This document shows, piece by piece, positions 24,576-27,700 of a DNA stretch of 27,700 nucleotides. The notes beneath the pieces were generated by a model. That model did not search any database. It was not told the DNA's origin and saw nothing but the letters and a program-made list of their open reading frames with translations. The position numbers were made by a program, and so were the translations under genes. The stretch comes from a virus (taxonomy: Duplodnaviria; Caudoviricetes), in IMG/VR virus record IMGVR_UViG_3300009109_000027, positions 1 through 27,700 of that record; one strand, written 5' to 3'. Each line of letters begins with the position of its first letter. Positions within the stretch are counted from its first letter, which is position 1.

Positions 24576-25195
24576 GCTGCCTGTGGTGGGAAGAATCCCC
24601 AAAACACGTTGAACAGGTAGCGGTCAACCTTCGCTGGCAGCGACCGGTGGGCATGAGTCCAGACAGCCGGGAAGATCACAGCCCGACCCTCCACCGGTGA
24701 CACCTTTGCTTCCTGCGTCGGAAAGTCTGTCTCACCGCCGTCGGTGATCGTGTTCAGGTACATGCAGAACGTGAGATGCCTGTTGCCTATCGGGGAAGCC
24801 GGGCCTTGGTCTGAATGGACGGCGTGGTATGCCTGACCGGGCTTGTAGCGGAGAATGTTGTAGCCCTCCGTGTACCCGAACCGGGGCACCTCCCCGGCCT
24901 GCTTACGTTCACCAACGTAATGGTCCAAGCATTCTTGAGCGAAAGCGAGGATTGGTTCATGCTCCACCGGAGGCGATGCCTCCAAGAAATGCAACTGGTC
25001 TGAGTCGCGCATGTAAGCGTTTGTTCCGCCCGCTGTGCCGGAGATGCCCCACCGGGTAGACCGGTTCGCATTCACGATTGCTTCAGGACAACACGACGTG
25101 TCTGTCATCTGGTACTGGCAGATGAACGGATCAACCCAGATGGGTTCTGCACTCATAGTGGTCTGAGGTTCGGCTAGGTCAGTTGCAATGGACAC
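24572..25195 (-). CDS. 2OG-Fe(II) oxygenase, prolyl 4-hydroxylase-like
   Basis: ILRYKPGQ.Y..HSD, R.LT..MYLN....GGETDF, GRAVIFP...THAH, RY. Confidence 0.9.
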   Translation of the reverse strand: MSIATDLAEPQTTMSAEPIWVDPFICQYQMTDTSCCPEAIVNANRSTRWGISGTAGGTNAYMRDSDQLHFLEASPPVEHEPILAFAQECLDHYVGERKQAGEVPRFGYTEGYNILRYKPGQAYHAVHSDQGPASPIGNRHLTFCMYLNTITDGGETDFPTQEAKVSPVEGRAVIFPAVWTHAHRSLPAKVDRYLFNVFWGFFPPQAA

Positions 25196-25200
25196 TTAGG

Positions 25201-25842
25201 TCACTCCTTATGGTTGTCGGGTAATAGGGGTTCAAAGTATTGGGCGCGTGCGTCGGGGGTGCGGTGGATCTTGTGCTCAGGGACGAATCCGCTGGTTCCG
25301 ACAAACACAACACGGCGCTCGTTGCTTCCCGTGGGCCTGCAACCGGCATGGCGCACATCTCCGTCAAACATGAGGATCATGTCCTCCTCCGGTTCGACTT
25401 CTCCAAGTCCCTCCAACCATGTGTTGCCACCCGTGAACTCAGACAGGTAGATGATGAAGGTGTCGTGCGGGAAGTAGTGGTCAACATGCGGGATCGACAT
25501 GGGCACCTCGCCGGGTACCACGCAGTTGAACGCCATTCGTATCGGCTGGAACGAGACATTGTTGACGGTGGCGATCTCATTCATCACCCACACGGTCTGC
25601 TCAAACAGTTCGGAGCAGACCGGAGAACTCACCCCGTCCCAGTAGGGAGCCGAGTCAGGGCGTGACAGCACACAGTGACCCCAGAAGGATGTGTCGTCAT
25701 CTGCGGTCAGCCCTAGTTCTGTGAGGCATACCGGTCCCGCAGTTGACTGGTTCCAATACCACGGGAACGTCGGGCTGAGAACTTGGGACTTCCACTCCAA
25801 GTATTCGGGCGACTTGGGATTATGGAGAAACCTGTACGACAT
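25201..25842 (-). CDS. 2OG-Fe(II) oxygenase (phage type, FPWY...PHVD)
   Basis: PHVD, IIYL...GGNT, FDG..RHAG, RRVV. Confidence 0.82.
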   Translation of the reverse strand: MSYRFLHNPKSPEYLEWKSQVLSPTFPWYWNQSTAGPVCLTELGLTADDDTSFWGHCVLSRPDSAPYWDGVSSPVCSELFEQTVWVMNEIATVNNVSFQPIRMAFNCVVPGEVPMSIPHVDHYFPHDTFIIYLSEFTGGNTWLEGLGEVEPEEDMILMFDGDVRHAGCRPTGSNERRVVFVGTSGFVPEHKIHRTPDARAQYFEPLLPDNHKE

Positions 25843-25845
25843 CGG

Positions 25846-26310
25846 CTAGGAACTCGGTGGTTCTTCACCGGGTGGGAATGGTCGATTCGATAGGTCTGGC
25901 TGCGGGACGTTGACCCAAGCCACATTCTCCTCATCCCAGAGCCACTCGTTGCTCGTCCACGTTGTGTATAGGTCGTAGCCGTCGGGGTAGCCGTTCGGTG
26001 GCTCCCACCGGAGAGTCGTTTCGTTTATCACCCATGACATCCACGGATCTGACGGAGGACCGGGCAGTTGCGGAATGAACCCATCCCGAGCCTCGTCCCA
26101 AGTCATACCGATACCGGGGCCGATCTTTCTGAACAGGTCGTCGGTGTGAGCGCCCTTGATCCACGGGCCGGGATCTTCTGTTAGTTGCTCGCAGATCGCA
26201 GCGCCGTGAGCCTCGTCCTCGCCGTCTTGGTTGTTGAGCGTCATCACAGCAACGACGATGTTGTCGTCGTTGACCTTTGCGTAATGCCACATCGGGGTGT
26301 AACCGGCCAT
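25846..26310 (-). CDS. Tail-fibre-associated hypothetical protein (154 aa)
   Basis: HYAKVNDDNIV...FRK..GIG.TWD..RDGFIP...W...WEPP...WDE, a pattern I recall following Gly-rich fibre genes. AGGAG SD. Confidence 0.7.
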   Translation of the reverse strand: MAGYTPMWHYAKVNDDNIVVAVMTLNNQDGEDEAHGAAICEQLTEDPGPWIKGAHTDDLFRKIGPGIGMTWDEARDGFIPQLPGPPSDPWMSWVINETTLRWEPPNGYPDGYDLYTTWTSNEWLWDEENVAWVNVPQPDLSNRPFPPGEEPPSS

Positions 26311-26312
26311 GA

Positions 26313-27380
26313 TCAGGCTCCTACCGTGTACCGGACAATCACCACACCGGGTGCAGAGTCGTAGACGCGATCCGTAGTCGGCCAACCGCCGGGACCGTAG
26401 GCGTTGCCATTACCCGCAGAACCTTCCCGGTTCCGCCTCTGTGTCGAAGAAGTGGGAGTACCGCCTTCTGGCCCCGGATACTGGTAATCGGTGTGATTGC
26501 CCATCTGATCGGGGTACGGGCCTTGATAAGAGCCGCCGCCGTAGCCACCTCCGGCGTACAACTGTGGGCTACCGGTTCGGAAGGAGTTTGGTGAACCCGC
26601 TCCCCGAACACCGCCGAACGCCCACGATGGATGGGACGGCCACTCAGTAGCCGGAGATCCGGCCGTACCAGTCGGTCCTGAACCTCCACCAGCACCCCCC
26701 GCTATGTAGACGTAATAACTGGTACTGCTGCCGGGGTTCCAGTTCCCGTAACCACCGGGGTTGCCGGAAGGATGGTCAGCGGTCCCGTACCCGCTGGTCG
26801 GTTTCGTCTGCGGCCAAGAAGTCGGGGTGGGAAACGCCCAACCGGGCGAACCGCCTCCCGACCCTCCGTCCAAAGCGGGTGCCGAATAAGTAAATGGACT
26901 GGACGGTGAAGTGCCACCCTTACCGCCACCGGGGGCGGTGCTCCCGAAACCCGTCGTGTCTCCTCCCTTTGTGTTGTATGAATGAGATCCGGCACCAATA
27001 ACGATCGGGTACGAACCGTTACCGGAAGGTCCACCGGTCGAAGTGAGAGGTTCAGCAGGCAACTCAACCCAAGCGCCAGCCCCGCCACCGCCTGCCTGCA
27101 CCGATGACGTGGTGGGCGCCACTGGAATCCTGTCTGACAATCCGGAGGTGCCTCCTGCGCCGAGGAGGAGAACCTCTGCCTCAACCTCGCCGGAGTGGAC
27201 GTAGAACGTCGTGGAGGAAGTCATCCAGTGGACGGTGTAGTAACCACCGCTCGGATTCGGGTAGACGGACATCTCGCCGCCTTCGGTGATGATGTCACCG
27301 CCGCCGCCACCACCACCGAGAGAACCGGATGTCCAGTCAGCGACGTTCTGATTAGCGAAAAACCGTTCAATCCTCGGCAT
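26313..27380 (-). CDS. Glycine-rich (polyglycine-II type) tail fibre/adhesin-like protein, Pro-enriched
   Basis: VLLLGAGG, GGGGAG, YPIVIGAG, GGSGGG, YAGGG, GVVIVRY terminal strand. AGGAGG SD. Confidence 0.75.
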   Translation of the reverse strand: MPRIERFFANQNVADWTSGSLGGGGGGGDIITEGGEMSVYPNPSGGYYTVHWMTSSTTFYVHSGEVEAEVLLLGAGGTSGLSDRIPVAPTTSSVQAGGGGAGAWVELPAEPLTSTGGPSGNGSYPIVIGAGSHSYNTKGGDTTGFGSTAPGGGKGGTSPSSPFTYSAPALDGGSGGGSPGWAFPTPTSWPQTKPTSGYGTADHPSGNPGGYGNWNPGSSTSYYVYIAGGAGGGSGPTGTAGSPATEWPSHPSWAFGGVRGAGSPNSFRTGSPQLYAGGGYGGGSYQGPYPDQMGNHTDYQYPGPEGGTPTSSTQRRNREGSAGNGNAYGPGGWPTTDRVYDSAPGVVIVRYTVGA

Positions 27381-27389
27381 CAGAACCTC

Positions 27390-27700
27390 CTAAGCCGTAA
27401 TCTGGTTGACGTAGCCGTGCAGGGTGACCACATTCGCTGAAGCAGCGAACGCCTTCACGACCAACGGGGTCGCATTGCCCTTGATCAACAAACCGGGAGC
27501 GACAAGCGTCAACCCGGCCTCCGTCGTAATCGTCAACTCGATCAGGTCATCAGGGGAAGTTGTTCCACCCCACTCAACCGTCAACTTCACATCAGATGCG
27601 GAAGTGTTCTGGGCGTACAGCCAGATTTCGTCGTAGGTTGTAGCCGTAGACGACCCGGTGTGGATCGTGGTCCCAGCCGAAGCGGTAGCAGCCACTTTGA
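27390..27700 (-). CDS. Small beta-rich virion/tail-associated protein (partial, start outside the window)
   Basis: Frame is open to the window edge; DEIWLYAQNT...LTVEWGG...GYVNQI. Confidence 0.7.
   Translation of the reverse strand, partial: KVAATASAGTTIHTGSSTATTYDEIWLYAQNTSASDVKLTVEWGGTTSPDDLIELTITTEAGLTLVAPGLLIKGNATPLVVKAFAASANVVTLHGYVNQITA

Larger units (their letters stand above)
1..27700. mobile_element. Tailed dsDNA bacteriophage genome fragment, probable actinobacterial host, podovirus-like virion module
   Basis: Dense, tightly overlapping ORFs. Contains holin, endolysin, adaptor, fibre chaperone, RecT-like, RusA-like, WhiB and DNA MTase genes. No host housekeeping genes and no prophage boundary seen. 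Confidence 0.95.

Noticed and set aside
1-27700. Stop-codon reassignment, diversity-generating retroelement or intron/intein
   Set aside because: Genes are intact under the standard code and end in TAA, TAG and TGA. No reverse transcriptase, no adenine-specific repeat pair and no homing or intein motifs were seen.

Overview
A 27.7 kb fragment of a tailed dsDNA phage genome. The host is probably an Actinomycetota member, based on the WhiB gene, the GC-rich sequence and leaderless-type start signals. Two blocks converge at about 9.9 kb. The rightward early/middle block (1-9977) holds a compositionally distinct first gene, many tiny ORFs sharing a start-associated motif, several intergenic RNA structures, a perfect sigma70/SigA promoter, a MoxR/CbbQ-type AAA+ ATPase with a HEXXH/vWA partner, an N6-adenine DNA methyltransferase, an inverted RusA-like/XRE-HTH pair, a RecT/Bet-like annealase and WhiB. 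The leftward late block (27700 to 9915) holds tail-associated proteins, a Gly/Pro-rich fibre-like protein, three tandem but dissimilar 2OG-Fe(II) oxygenases, a truncated fibre chaperone, a holin-like protein, an M15-type endolysin, a metallophosphoesterase, an adaptor-like protein, three large putative ejection proteins (874, 546 and 1930 aa) and an r1t-like holin. No terminase, portal, capsid, integrase, polymerase, primase, helicase, tRNA gene or CRISPR array is visible. The best novelty candidates are (1) a possible virion-protein hydroxylation cassette, (2) RNA elements in the early region (a tRNA-like minihelix and a multi-junction leader), (3) repeat-bounded early mini-gene cassettes and (4) a codon/motif-depleted first gene. 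All family calls come from motif recognition by eye, not from database searches.
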